In this document: positions 49,610 through 58,057 of the stretch, one piece after another | Layout of the letters: every line of letters starts with the position of its first letter | Numbering within the stretch: the stretch's first letter is position 1 | Assembly (NCBI GenBank): GCA_964594835.1 | Contig: CAZQNA010000003.1 | Location: 64,001-128,000, forward strand | Length of the DNA stretch: 64,000 nucleotides | Reading direction: 5' to 3' | DNA from: an uncultured Nitrososphaerota archaeon | GTDB taxonomy: Archaea; Korarchaeota; Korarchaeia; Korarchaeales; Korarchaeaceae | Translations under genes and position numbers: made by a program | Notes under the pieces: generated by a model | The model's input: the letters and a program-made list of their open reading frames with translations, nothing else | Databases searched by the model: none | What the model was told of the DNA's origin: nothing

Positions 49610-50572
49610 GTGGGATGTTTTCAGACCTACTGGGTGGGTGAATTGAGCAGCGACGAAGCGACGGGGGCGTTCAAGCGCGTGGAGAGAGTGATCCGGCCCG
49701 CAGCCCCCTACTCCATAACTCCTCACCTCTCCCTGTTCACGTTGGAGGGAAGGCCCGTCCCGGCCATCTACGAGAGGGGGCGCCTCAGGGTGCTCGCCTA
49801 TAATAGGGGACGGTACACCCCGCTGAACGTGATCATCGTCGGGGAACCTTGGGAACCCGAGATAAGGTTCTACGGACCGGAAGATCTCGTCAGGAAGATG
49901 CTCAGAACGGATTTTGACTACGGTAAGTTTCTGGAGAGCCTTCTGGAGTATCCGGAGTTGAGGGGGCTGGCCGAGAGGCACGTCGGCCTGAGGCCAACTA
50001 GGAGCCTCAGCCTGTACTCGGCCTTACTAGAGAGCGTGGTGAAGCAGAGGATCTCCCTGAAAGCCGCCCTGAGGATCCAGTCCCGGATAATCTTGGCTCT
50101 GGGTGAGGTCGCCCACGTGGAGGGGGAGGCGTACTACGGGCACCCTCCCCCCGGGAGCCTGTTGGACCCAGAGAGGTTGAGAGGCTTTGGGCTGACCAAA
50201 ATGAAGGCGGTAGCCATATCTGAAGTTGCTAGAGCCGAGCTGGAGGGGAGGCTACCGAGTTTGAGAGAGGTTGAGGAGTCTCCCAAGTCCGTCATCGAGG
50301 AGCTACAGGAGATCAGCGGAATAGGACCTTGGACGGCGGAGCTGGCTGTGGCCATGATATCCAGAGGCTTTGAGGTGGGGCCAGCATCCGACCTGGCCGT
50401 CAGGAGAGGCCTTTCCAGGGCGCTGGGAGTGGAGCCTGAGGGGAGGGAGGTCGAGAGAGCGCTGAGAGACCTGAGGGAGTACGCTGGGCTGATAATGTAC
50501 CTAGCGAGCTTGGACTACGAGGTGAGCAGTGCTAGATCTAAGAAGGGGCGTAGGTCGCGCGGGCAGGCTTGA
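49610..50572 (+). CDS. alkA: DNA-3-methyladenine glycosylase (HhH-GPD)
   Basis: KQRISL, GLTKMKA, ISGIGPWTAE, PASDLAVRR. Confidence 0.88.
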   Translation: MGCFQTYWVGELSSDEATGAFKRVERVIRPAAPYSITPHLSLFTLEGRPVPAIYERGRLRVLAYNRGRYTPLNVIIVGEPWEPEIRFYGPEDLVRKMLRTDFDYGKFLESLLEYPELRGLAERHVGLRPTRSLSLYSALLESVVKQRISLKAALRIQSRIILALGEVAHVEGEAYYGHPPPGSLLDPERLRGFGLTKMKAVAISEVARAELEGRLPSLREVEESPKSVIEELQEISGIGPWTAELAVAMISRGFEVGPASDLAVRRGLSRALGVEPEGREVERALRDLREYAGLIMYLASLDYEVSSARSKKGRRSRGQA

Positions 50573-50720
50573 ATTCCTCGGAGAGCTATCTGAGTGGAGA
50601 GAGAAAAGCGGACAGGCGGGTTAACATAGCTGATAGCCCTGGGCCGACACGCGACCAAAAATCCTGAGGTAGAGCCGCCTGCACCCCGCGGGCCTCTACC
50701 TGCCGACGGTGGCTAGGCGA

Positions 50721-50915
50721 TCACCCTACCATAGACTCCAGCCTATCAAGCCTCCTCTTGATCTCTTCTATCTCTCTCCGGAGATCCTCCGAGAGTGTCT
50801 CCTTGATCAGCTGGCCCTCCTCCCTGACGGCGGCCTCGACCCTGTCTATCCCGTCTCTCACGTCCAAGAGTATCGGGATGGCCCTCCCCCAGTGCTCCAT
50901 CTGAAACGCGGACAT
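50721..50915 (-). pseudogene. Coiled-coil gene fragment
   Basis: Protein-like coiled-coil composition; head-to-head with the 50914 ORF with no promoter space. Confidence 0.35.
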
Positions 50916-51492
50916 GGTCCTCTCTATCGGCGGAGTGAGAAGCTTGGAAAAGTTGGGCTACGTGGTAAGGCGCGAGGGGGGAACCTATAGCCTGCATCAC
51001 AGGGAGTACGCCAGGCTGCTCCTCTTGGCGGCGGACGGAGACGAGACGTTCTTGTACAGGGAGAGGGGAGATGTCCGGGAGTTCGTGAAGAGCGTGTGGA
51101 GGAGGGCGCTGGAGGATAGACCGGAGTTGGGTGGGTTGCTGGCTCACCAGGCTCGCTTCGATCACGGGGACCTGTCTCTATGCCTCTGCCTCTGCGGATT
51201 TGACTTGGAGGGGGGAGAGGCTTACCTGAGGTTTTGGGAGGAGGGATCGCCGTGCTGTCTACCGGCAGAACTGGCTGCGGCCTTGCTGGGTCGGCTCACT
51301 AGAGAGGACAGGGAGGCCTTCCTGGGGGAGCTTGCCAAGCACGTGGGCGCGTGGAATGCGGCGTTCCTGCTGGACCGGCTCGAGGGCGAGGACAGGGAGG
51401 CCTTTCTGAGGAGCCTTTTAGAGAACTCCTGCTCCCGAATTCTGTCGCGAAATTCCTCTTTCATTTCACGACCAAAACCTATCACGCAGTAG
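50914..51492 (+). pseudogene. Internal fragment of a larger helical protein
   Basis: Begins in a wHTH-like segment (LEKLGYVVRREGGTYSLHH); repeated EDREAFL; no promoter space. Confidence 0.4.
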
Positions 51493-51504
51493 TGTTCGGT
51501 AAAC

Positions 51505-51753
51505 TTGGCAGGAGGAGGTCACGTCGATCAGGCTGGACGAGAACATCCCGAGGGACTGGAGGAGACCGTCGAGGCAGGGAGGATCGTCGGGGCGACCGTT
51601 CGAAGGCCGACGGAAATGGCCGGGCTCACCTACAGGGAGATGCTTAGAGAACTCAGGGGGAGGAACGTTCCGTTCCCACAGTCTAGGGAGGAGCTGGGGA
51701 TGAATGACATCACCGGGATGCTCGGTGACGCGATGCTGCCTCTGACCTCATGA
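51505..51753 (+). pseudogene. UPF0175-type antitoxin remnant
   Basis: EMAGLTYREMLRELRGRNVP resembles the UPF0175 C-terminus; the 5' part is degenerate. Confidence 0.45.
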
Positions 51754-52122
51754 AGTCTAAGGGGGGTTCTCCGCTCCCGCGGACAACTCAGGACCGCCTC
51801 TGTCCCCTCAAGGAGCCTGGCCTCGCTTCGGGGAATGATGATTCCCATAACCACCATTCCCATAATGTAGGTTCCTTTAATTCGCCGGTCAGGGTGCGGG
51901 GAGGGAGGCACGTTCCTTTATCGCGAGTGAGGCGAGGGGCCTTTAAACTCATAGATTTGCGTTTCGCTATATCTCATATGTGAGGGACCGAGGCTGATCT
52001 GAGCGACGGATGGGCGCAGCCTCGCTGGCCATGATTCGCTTGAGAGGCTGATGGGTCGTCCGCTTCTACCTCTAAAGCGTCGCCGAACTCCCTACCGGCG
52101 ACTGCCTCCCCCGGCTGGGGGA

Positions 52123-52147
52123 AGGGGTCGGGGGACCCCCGACCCCT
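52123..52147. terminator. Perfect GC palindrome directly after the stop of 52147-53781
   Basis: aggggtcggggg-a-cccccgacccct. Confidence 0.45.
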
Positions 52148-53781
52148 CAGTACGTCAACCTGGCCTTCTCGTCACCTTGTGGGGGAGGGGATCCCCTCGA
52201 TCTGCTCCTTGACGCCGCCCAGACGGCCAGGGCCACCACCGCCGCCCCGGCCACCGCGCCCAAGGCTGCGGCCAAGGGGGTCGAGAGCCAGCCTCCCCCT
52301 TGAGGGCCAGTCGGCGTCGTGGCGGGGGACTGCGGGGGCTCGGTCGTCGGGGCCTGTGTGGGCGGCTGTGTGGTGGTTGGGGCAGGCGTTGAAGTTGGAG
52401 TTGGAGTTGGAGTCTCGCCCCCAGCCGAGACTATGACCGTGGCGCTCACCTCCTTCCTCTTTGAGCCAGCAACGCAGGTCAGGGTGACGGTGTACTCGCC
52501 TGGCTCAATCCCCTGGCTGGTCTGGAGCTGAACCGACTCGCTCAGGGACCCGTCCGCAGGCAGGTGCACGGGTTCAGAGGGGGCCCCCAGGGACAGGTGT
52601 GCGGTGGAGGGTGAGACGGTCCACCCGATCAACACGTCGGACTCGAACCCGCCGACGGACGTCAGCGTCAGCGTCAGCTCCGCCGACTCTCCCGCGCTCA
52701 GCTCGACCCTATCGGGGGTCAGCTCCGCCGAGAGATCCTCCGCCACCGCCGGCGCGCCGCCGGCCTCGGCGGCGTGATCGAAGAGGTTCAGGAGTATCCT
52801 CTCGCGGTCTGCGGAGCCTAGATAGAAGGACCACCAGAGTGACGCCCCTATCGCCAGCACCCCGCCGTCCCCCGCCTCGGAGAAGGCGATCATCCCCTCG
52901 GTGGGAGAGGATCCCGGGTAGCTGGCGATCACGGTGGCCTCGGTCGACACGACCTCCACCGGAACCGGGCGGAACAGCTCAATGGTGGACACCCCATCGG
53001 TCAGCCAGTGGTCGGCAAGCTCGTCGGCGGCCACGTGGAAGCCGAGCTCCTCGTCTCTGAACCTCAGCCCGAGGTCCTCGACGACCTGATTTGCCAGATC
53101 GACCTGGCCCATCCACGACGAACTCGCGAAGACAACTAGGTAGCCGCCCGACCTGACGTAGTTCACCAGCCTCTCGGGGCTTATGGCCGAGAAGCCTCTG
53201 TCCACCAAGATCACGACGTCAAACTGGTCGAGGGAGCCCGAGACCCGGTGCCAGTCCAAGGTATCTAGGTAACTGACGTTGGCACCCGCGGACGCCATGA
53301 ACTCCGTCACCGGCTCGAGATGAGTCGCGTTCGAGGTGGATCCCCCGTGGAACGGGGTCTCGTAGACGAGGACGCTCACCCTGGGCTCGGGGGACTCCTT
53401 GACGGTCGCCGACACGGGTATGGATACGTCCCCGGAGTCGGTCTCGACCACTATAACCCCGCTCAGGCTCGCCGGAGCGGAGGTGTCTATCCCCAGAACG
53501 ACTGTCCCCTTTCCCCCGGCGTGAGGATCGTCGGCGTCGAGGTGGATAATCCTCACCCACGTCGGGGCGGACTTTATGCTCGACATCTCGGTGCCCACGA
53601 TCCAGAAGCTTCCCTCCACGAGGGAGCCAACGTACACGTCCCCAAAGTTGAGCGCTGGCGGATAGGCCCCGGGTGGGGGCGTGGAGGACGCTGCCGCGGG
53701 AACTCCCCCCAGCGGGAGGGGGAGGGACAAGGTCAAGAGTAGGGAGAGAGGGAGGAAAACGACCGAGGGACGAGACTTCAT
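52147..53781 (-). CDS. Cell-surface protein: signal peptide, Ig-like domains, GATase-like (DUF4350) domain, Pro/Thr linker, C-terminal TM
   Basis: Hydrophobic N-terminus, LDQFDVVIL...YVRSGGYL, PGEYTVTL, TPTPTPTS linker, TM followed by basic residues. Confidence 0.75.
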   Translation of the reverse strand: MKSRPSVVFLPLSLLLTLSLPLPLGGVPAAASSTPPPGAYPPALNFGDVYVGSLVEGSFWIVGTEMSSIKSAPTWVRIIHLDADDPHAGGKGTVVLGIDTSAPASLSGVIVVETDSGDVSIPVSATVKESPEPRVSVLVYETPFHGGSTSNATHLEPVTEFMASAGANVSYLDTLDWHRVSGSLDQFDVVILVDRGFSAISPERLVNYVRSGGYLVVFASSSWMGQVDLANQVVEDLGLRFRDEELGFHVAADELADHWLTDGVSTIELFRPVPVEVVSTEATVIASYPGSSPTEGMIAFSEAGDGGVLAIGASLWWSFYLGSADRERILLNLFDHAAEAGGAPAVAEDLSAELTPDRVELSAGESAELTLTLTSVGGFESDVLIGWTVSPSTAHLSLGAPSEPVHLPADGSLSESVQLQTSQGIEPGEYTVTLTCVAGSKRKEVSATVIVSAGGETPTPTPTSTPAPTTTQPPTQAPTTEPPQSPATTPTGPQGGGWLSTPLAAALGAVAGAAVVALAVWAASRSRSRGSPPPQGDEKARLTY

Positions 53782-54044
53782 CTGAGAACTTCATCTCCCT
53801 TCAGTGGGCCCACCGACCTCGTGAAGAAGGTTCACACCCAAGGGCATGAGGCCGGCTTCAGAGGCCAGAGGACCTACTCATCCATGGATCTTCAGCATTT
53901 AAAGCCGCGCCATCCCCGCCTCTCGTTAAACTTTCGAACATTCCAAATTGTTAACTTTATCCTCAATTCTCGCATCGACAAAAGATAGAAAGAGTGGCCA
54001 AGATTTGGGACAGGTAGAATTAATAAAGATTCGGTTAAAGCCGT

Positions 54045-54290
54045 TCAGCCCGACCTGAGGGCCAGCACCTTGGACTTCAGCGAGGCCCAAGCCTCGTTTA
54101 TCTCCTCCCAATTCATCCCTCGGTGCTTCTTCGGGTCGTACTTCGACCTCCCGACCTTCTCCACGACCTTGACATAAAACGCCTCGACCTCCTTGGGGGT
54201 CAGCTCGAGGACCGAGCCTGAAGGCTTGCTGACAACCTGCTGATAACTTGCGGATAACCCGACGTCTTGCTTACAACTCGTTATCAGCAT
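54045..54290 (-). CDS. Small hypothetical protein or remnant
   Basis: C-terminal two thirds are protein-like; start uncertain. Confidence 0.4.
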   Translation of the reverse strand: MLITSCKQDVGLSASYQQVVSKPSGSVLELTPKEVEAFYVKVVEKVGRSKYDPKKHRGMNWEEINEAWASLKSKVLALRSG

Positions 54291-54405
54291 GGGGGGAGGG
54301 GAGACCCCCGTCCCCGACGCGCGGACCTCAACTCAATCCGTGGGCATGCCGACCCGATCGGGGCGGGGGAGTGACCGGAGTCGCGCGCTCCAAACTCAAA
54401 TCCGG

Positions 54406-55230
54406 CTACTGCGAACTCGCTGGCATCAACTTAGATTCAAGGGTCAACGCCGGTAAGTGCTCTGAAATCCTGACCAGTAGCGTCAACCCCTCCTCCGTCT
54501 CCGGGTCTGCGGAGGCGGCCCTCCTCAACAAATCGGCCGCGGGCTTTGGCACCGTCAAGAATGCCCTTTCGTGCCTCCTCAACCCCTTGGCGATCGCGAT
54601 TTTGAACAGGGTCCATAGCGGCGCGTCAGCCGGACCTTCGAGGAGTCGCCAACCCCTCCACCTTTCCACGAAGGGAATGCGGAGCACGTAGGAATCCCCT
54701 CTCCTGAGGAATTCGACGAAGGGCCACGGACCGTCGGCCGCCGGTCTCCTCCACGGCTTGCACCCTCTGGGGATCGCCGCGAACTCTCGCCCAATCGGGA
54801 GTTCGGGTGTGGATCCTCCTCTGAGCCTCTTTGTCAGTTGCAGGAGTACCCTGTCAATCTCCGCCCCCCTTCCCAGCCTGGCCGTCCTGAGAAACGCGCC
54901 CCGCGGGGTCAACTCATTCAATTCCTTGATCGCGGAGTTCAGAGTCGGGAAGTCCCCGCGCCTGACGGCTTTGATTGCCTTCCTGAGAACGTCCGCCGCC
55001 TCTCCGGTAAAGGTGATCCTCGCGGCCGGCAAATTCGGATCCAGCCCCAGCCTGAAGGCGATGTCGAGTATCGAGGCGGCCAGGAGGCGCTCCGGGGAGC
55101 CGGGGATCTGGGCGGTGTGCCATTCGTCCGAGTCGGGGGACTTGACCCACCACGTCTCTCCAACTCTTACCAAGTTCAGGGTGACCGTGCGGGTCTCGGC
55201 GCGCACCTTCAACCGAATGTAGAGCCGCAC
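54406..55230 (-). CDS. Hypothetical basic protein
   Basis: 274-aa ORF; no motif recognised. Confidence 0.55.
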   Translation of the reverse strand: MRLYIRLKVRAETRTVTLNLVRVGETWWVKSPDSDEWHTAQIPGSPERLLAASILDIAFRLGLDPNLPAARITFTGEAADVLRKAIKAVRRGDFPTLNSAIKELNELTPRGAFLRTARLGRGAEIDRVLLQLTKRLRGGSTPELPIGREFAAIPRGCKPWRRPAADGPWPFVEFLRRGDSYVLRIPFVERWRGWRLLEGPADAPLWTLFKIAIAKGLRRHERAFLTVPKPAADLLRRAASADPETEEGLTLLVRISEHLPALTLESKLMPASSQ

Positions 55231-55322
55231 CCCTATTAACTCGTCCCCCGCCCGGGCCCCCTCCGCTGGAAGCCCAGGCGGGGCGCTCGAGAATGCTCCG
55301 GATACGAAGGAGATGCGATCGT

Positions 55323-55751
55323 CTATTCGGTCCCCTCCTTCTGCGAGGCGCGCGCTATCGCATCCAGCTCTTGAATGAATGCTTCCACTCGAGAGATGAA
55401 TTCCTTGACATCCTCTTCCGAAATTGTTCTCTTAGATGGGAGTTCCTCCCCTGCGTCGTGAATCTTTACGAAGCGGTCATAGAGGTAGTTTTCTCGGTAG
55501 TTGAGAGCCTCTCGGAATTCTCCGAAGAGGTTGCGTGAAATTGACTCGTTGCGGCTAAGGCCGTCTCCTGAAAGCACCGCGACCTTCGAAACGGAGCCAC
55601 CCTGCGACTCTATGAATTCCTCTACCTTCGCTCGGGCGGCGGACAGAGCAAAGTAGACGGCGTTAAAGTAGTCCCCTGACTCCAAGAATCTCTTGGCGTT
55701 GTCGAGCCAGTATTCGATTCCCACACTGTCATCATTCTCCCGATCTGGCAT
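55323..55751 (-). CDS. HEPN-like protein
   Basis: WLDNAKRFLESGDYFNAVYFA and ISEEDVKEFISRVEAFI match the HEPN helical pattern. Confidence 0.6.
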   Translation of the reverse strand: MPDRENDDSVGIEYWLDNAKRFLESGDYFNAVYFALSAARAKVEEFIESQGGSVSKVAVLSGDGLSRNESISRNLFGEFREALNYRENYLYDRFVKIHDAGEELPSKRTISEEDVKEFISRVEAFIQELDAIARASQKEGTE

Positions 55752-55999
55752 ACTCCATTTACCGACCGAGACATAAAAATAGTGAGTGCCTGGGAAATTT
55801 CCTGAGTATTTTTATTCCTCTATTTATAAGGCGCGGATTCCTCTCGTTTTTAACAGACTGATGAGTTCGAGGACTCCGCATTGTCCCGGCTGAACCCTGT
55901 AATGCTTTCCGGATCTCCTCGCGCTCTCAACAACTTCCGCGTGGAACGTGCGCGAACGCAGACTTATGAAAAACGGCGGAATATTGGCGTTGAGCGGGG

Positions 56000-56629
56000 T
56001 TGACCGCCAGAACTTGGAGTGAGGAACTCGTGGCCGAGTGGCTTCGTTTGAGAGGGTATTTCGTCGAGACGAACGTTCCCGTGGGCACGGGAGAGAAGGG
56101 CGGACGCAAAGAGGCCGACATCGTCGGGTTCAGGTTTGTGGAAGGTAAGCCTGAGATCCTGCACATCGAGATCACGGGGAGTTCAGAGGGGAGAGAGGAT
56201 ATGCTGAAGATAGCGCGTTCGAGGTTCGAAAGGAAGCGGGTTGAGACCCTGATCTCGAGGATCGAGTCCGCCGCCGGCGTCAGGGTCGATCCGAGGAATT
56301 ACTGGAAGGTGTTCGTTACCCTTTACCTGAGCATCGGCCCGCGCGCCAGGGTCTTCTGGGAAATCAAGGACGAACTCGCCAAAGAGGGGATCAAGGTCGT
56401 CCACATGGCGGAGTTGCTCCCGTGCATAATCTCAGAAGTTAAGGATAGGGTCGTGACCGAGGAGGGCCACAGAACCCTCCCCCAGAGTTGGTCCACGCTC
56501 AAAGTGATCGAGTACCTGGTGGCGGAGCAGATCGTTTCGTTGAACAGGTCCTGCTCGCTTGACGTTGACGATCTCCTCGGCGCCTCAAATCGGGGGCGGG
56601 GCGATTCACCTAATCCTCAACTCGCTTAA
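56000..56629 (+). CDS. PD-(D/E)XK nuclease-fold protein
   Basis: SEELVAEWLRLRGYFVETN...EADIVG...HIEIT. Confidence 0.7.
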   Translation: MTARTWSEELVAEWLRLRGYFVETNVPVGTGEKGGRKEADIVGFRFVEGKPEILHIEITGSSEGREDMLKIARSRFERKRVETLISRIESAAGVRVDPRNYWKVFVTLYLSIGPRARVFWEIKDELAKEGIKVVHMAELLPCIISEVKDRVVTEEGHRTLPQSWSTLKVIEYLVAEQIVSLNRSCSLDVDDLLGASNRGRGDSPNPQLA

Positions 56630-56653
56630 CTTGCCGTGGGGCGTAATGCAGAT

Positions 56654-57511
56654 TCAAGGGTCGAACTTCGATCTCAACCGCGACAAAAGACCGGAACTCC
56701 GCGCTTTGAGGTAAGAACACTTGCCGGGGAAGGACGGCACGCCTTCGAGCGCTTTGAGCATCCTGACAAGCCTCTCGTATGTCTCGTCGAGTTTGGAGTA
56801 CTCGGACATCAACTCTGAGAATTTCGATCGAAGATATTTATCCGACATCAAGCCTTCCAATGCGCTCTTGAGTTCCCTGACCGCCTCCTCCGTCCCTTCT
56901 TTCGTCGCCAAGTTGTCGCCGCCCCACCACACCCCGCCCTCTCGAAGTTCGGGGTTGCCGAGCAACTCGCGCGCGGCCTCTTCCCCAACCGCGGCGGTCT
57001 CCTCCAAGAAGCGAATCAACCTCTGGCAAATCGATGCGATTGAAGGTTCACGATAAGCCCCGACCAGGGGGCCAAGCGTTTCGTCAACCCTCCGCCTCAC
57101 GAGTTCCCTCGCCTCGCCCGACTTCCGCACGTAATCCCTTAACTCCTCCAGGTACTCGCTCCAAATCCTCTCTAAATCACTCTTGGGGTTGAACTTCTCC
57201 CCTCCGCCCATTTCGAGGGGCAAATTGGGCAGGTGTTTGTCGAGGAGGTCCGCCAGCATGGGCTCTTCTCGCTTTAACTCTTCCAGGGATTTAGGGTATT
57301 CTCTGGCTCTGTACGGCTCAACTGGCTTTGGTAGGATCTCTTTTTCCTTCTTAGCAATCCCTCTCAAACTCTCGTAGTGAGCCTTCTTTGCCTCCGCCTC
57401 CACGGCGGCCTCTCTCGCGCGTCTCTTTCCGAGGTAGTATCCGACTCCCAAGCTGATCAGAACAGGAAGTACTTCATTGAGCAAATCCAAGATTTGAGGC
57501 GGTAGATCCAA
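56654..57511 (-). CDS. Hypothetical protein with N-terminal TM and helical body
   Basis: VLPVLISLGVGYYLGKRR anchor followed by charged helices. Confidence 0.65.
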   Translation of the reverse strand: MDLPPQILDLLNEVLPVLISLGVGYYLGKRRAREAAVEAEAKKAHYESLRGIAKKEKEILPKPVEPYRAREYPKSLEELKREEPMLADLLDKHLPNLPLEMGGGEKFNPKSDLERIWSEYLEELRDYVRKSGEARELVRRRVDETLGPLVGAYREPSIASICQRLIRFLEETAAVGEEAARELLGNPELREGGVWWGGDNLATKEGTEEAVRELKSALEGLMSDKYLRSKFSELMSEYSKLDETYERLVRMLKALEGVPSFPGKCSYLKARSSGLLSRLRSKFDP

Positions 57512-57528
57512 TTGACAGACACCTCATC

Positions 57529-57883
57529 TTGTTGCGCGAGGGAACCTTGAAAGATTTGTCGCATGGGAGGGAGGGGGTACGACTTCGCTGTGACTGCCAG
57601 CGGAGGGGAATTCTATGTCAACTTCAAGGCCGAGGTCGCAACCGGCAGGATGCTGGAGACTCTGTGGCTGATGTCCTACTCGGTCTACAAGAAGCTCTCG
57701 AACATGCTGGATAGGCTGTACGTTCTGCACCTAGAGTACCTCTTGGAGGAGTCGAGGGTGAGGGCCAGGAGGGTCTCGTGGGCTGGCCCGGTGTCCTCGC
57801 TGGAGGTGGTGGTGTACGACGAGAACTCTGCCTCCGGGTTCATCCTGAGGCCGGACGGAGGGAGCCCCTGCGGCCGGGAGTGA
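57529..57883 (+). pseudogene. Nuclease-like remnant (frameshifted)
   Basis: GYDFAV...FYVNFK in the 57563 frame; upstream residues appear to be in another frame. Confidence 0.35.
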
Positions 57884-58057
57884 GGGCCAGGACTGACTTC
57901 AACGGGAGGCACGCGCACATGTTTGGCGGGAACTGCGTACAAGCTGGGACTCTCGCCATCAATAGGCTACAATTCGTGGTTATCGACACGCGCGATGCCC
58001 CTAATCATCGGGCGGGGGCGATTTTGAATCAAAAAAAGCTAGAGAGGAGACCGAGCA

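Noticed and set aside
52380-52415. (GTTGGA)n short tandem repeat
   Set aside because: Simply encodes the Pro/Thr linker of the surface protein
53790-53930. Possible tRNA/att site at the island boundary
   Set aside because: No cloverleaf or T-loop GTTC motif on either strand and no matching direct repeat in the window
55858-55895. CTGATGAG as a hammerhead core or C/D box
   Set aside because: No correctly placed GAAA and stems; spacing too short for a C/D sRNA
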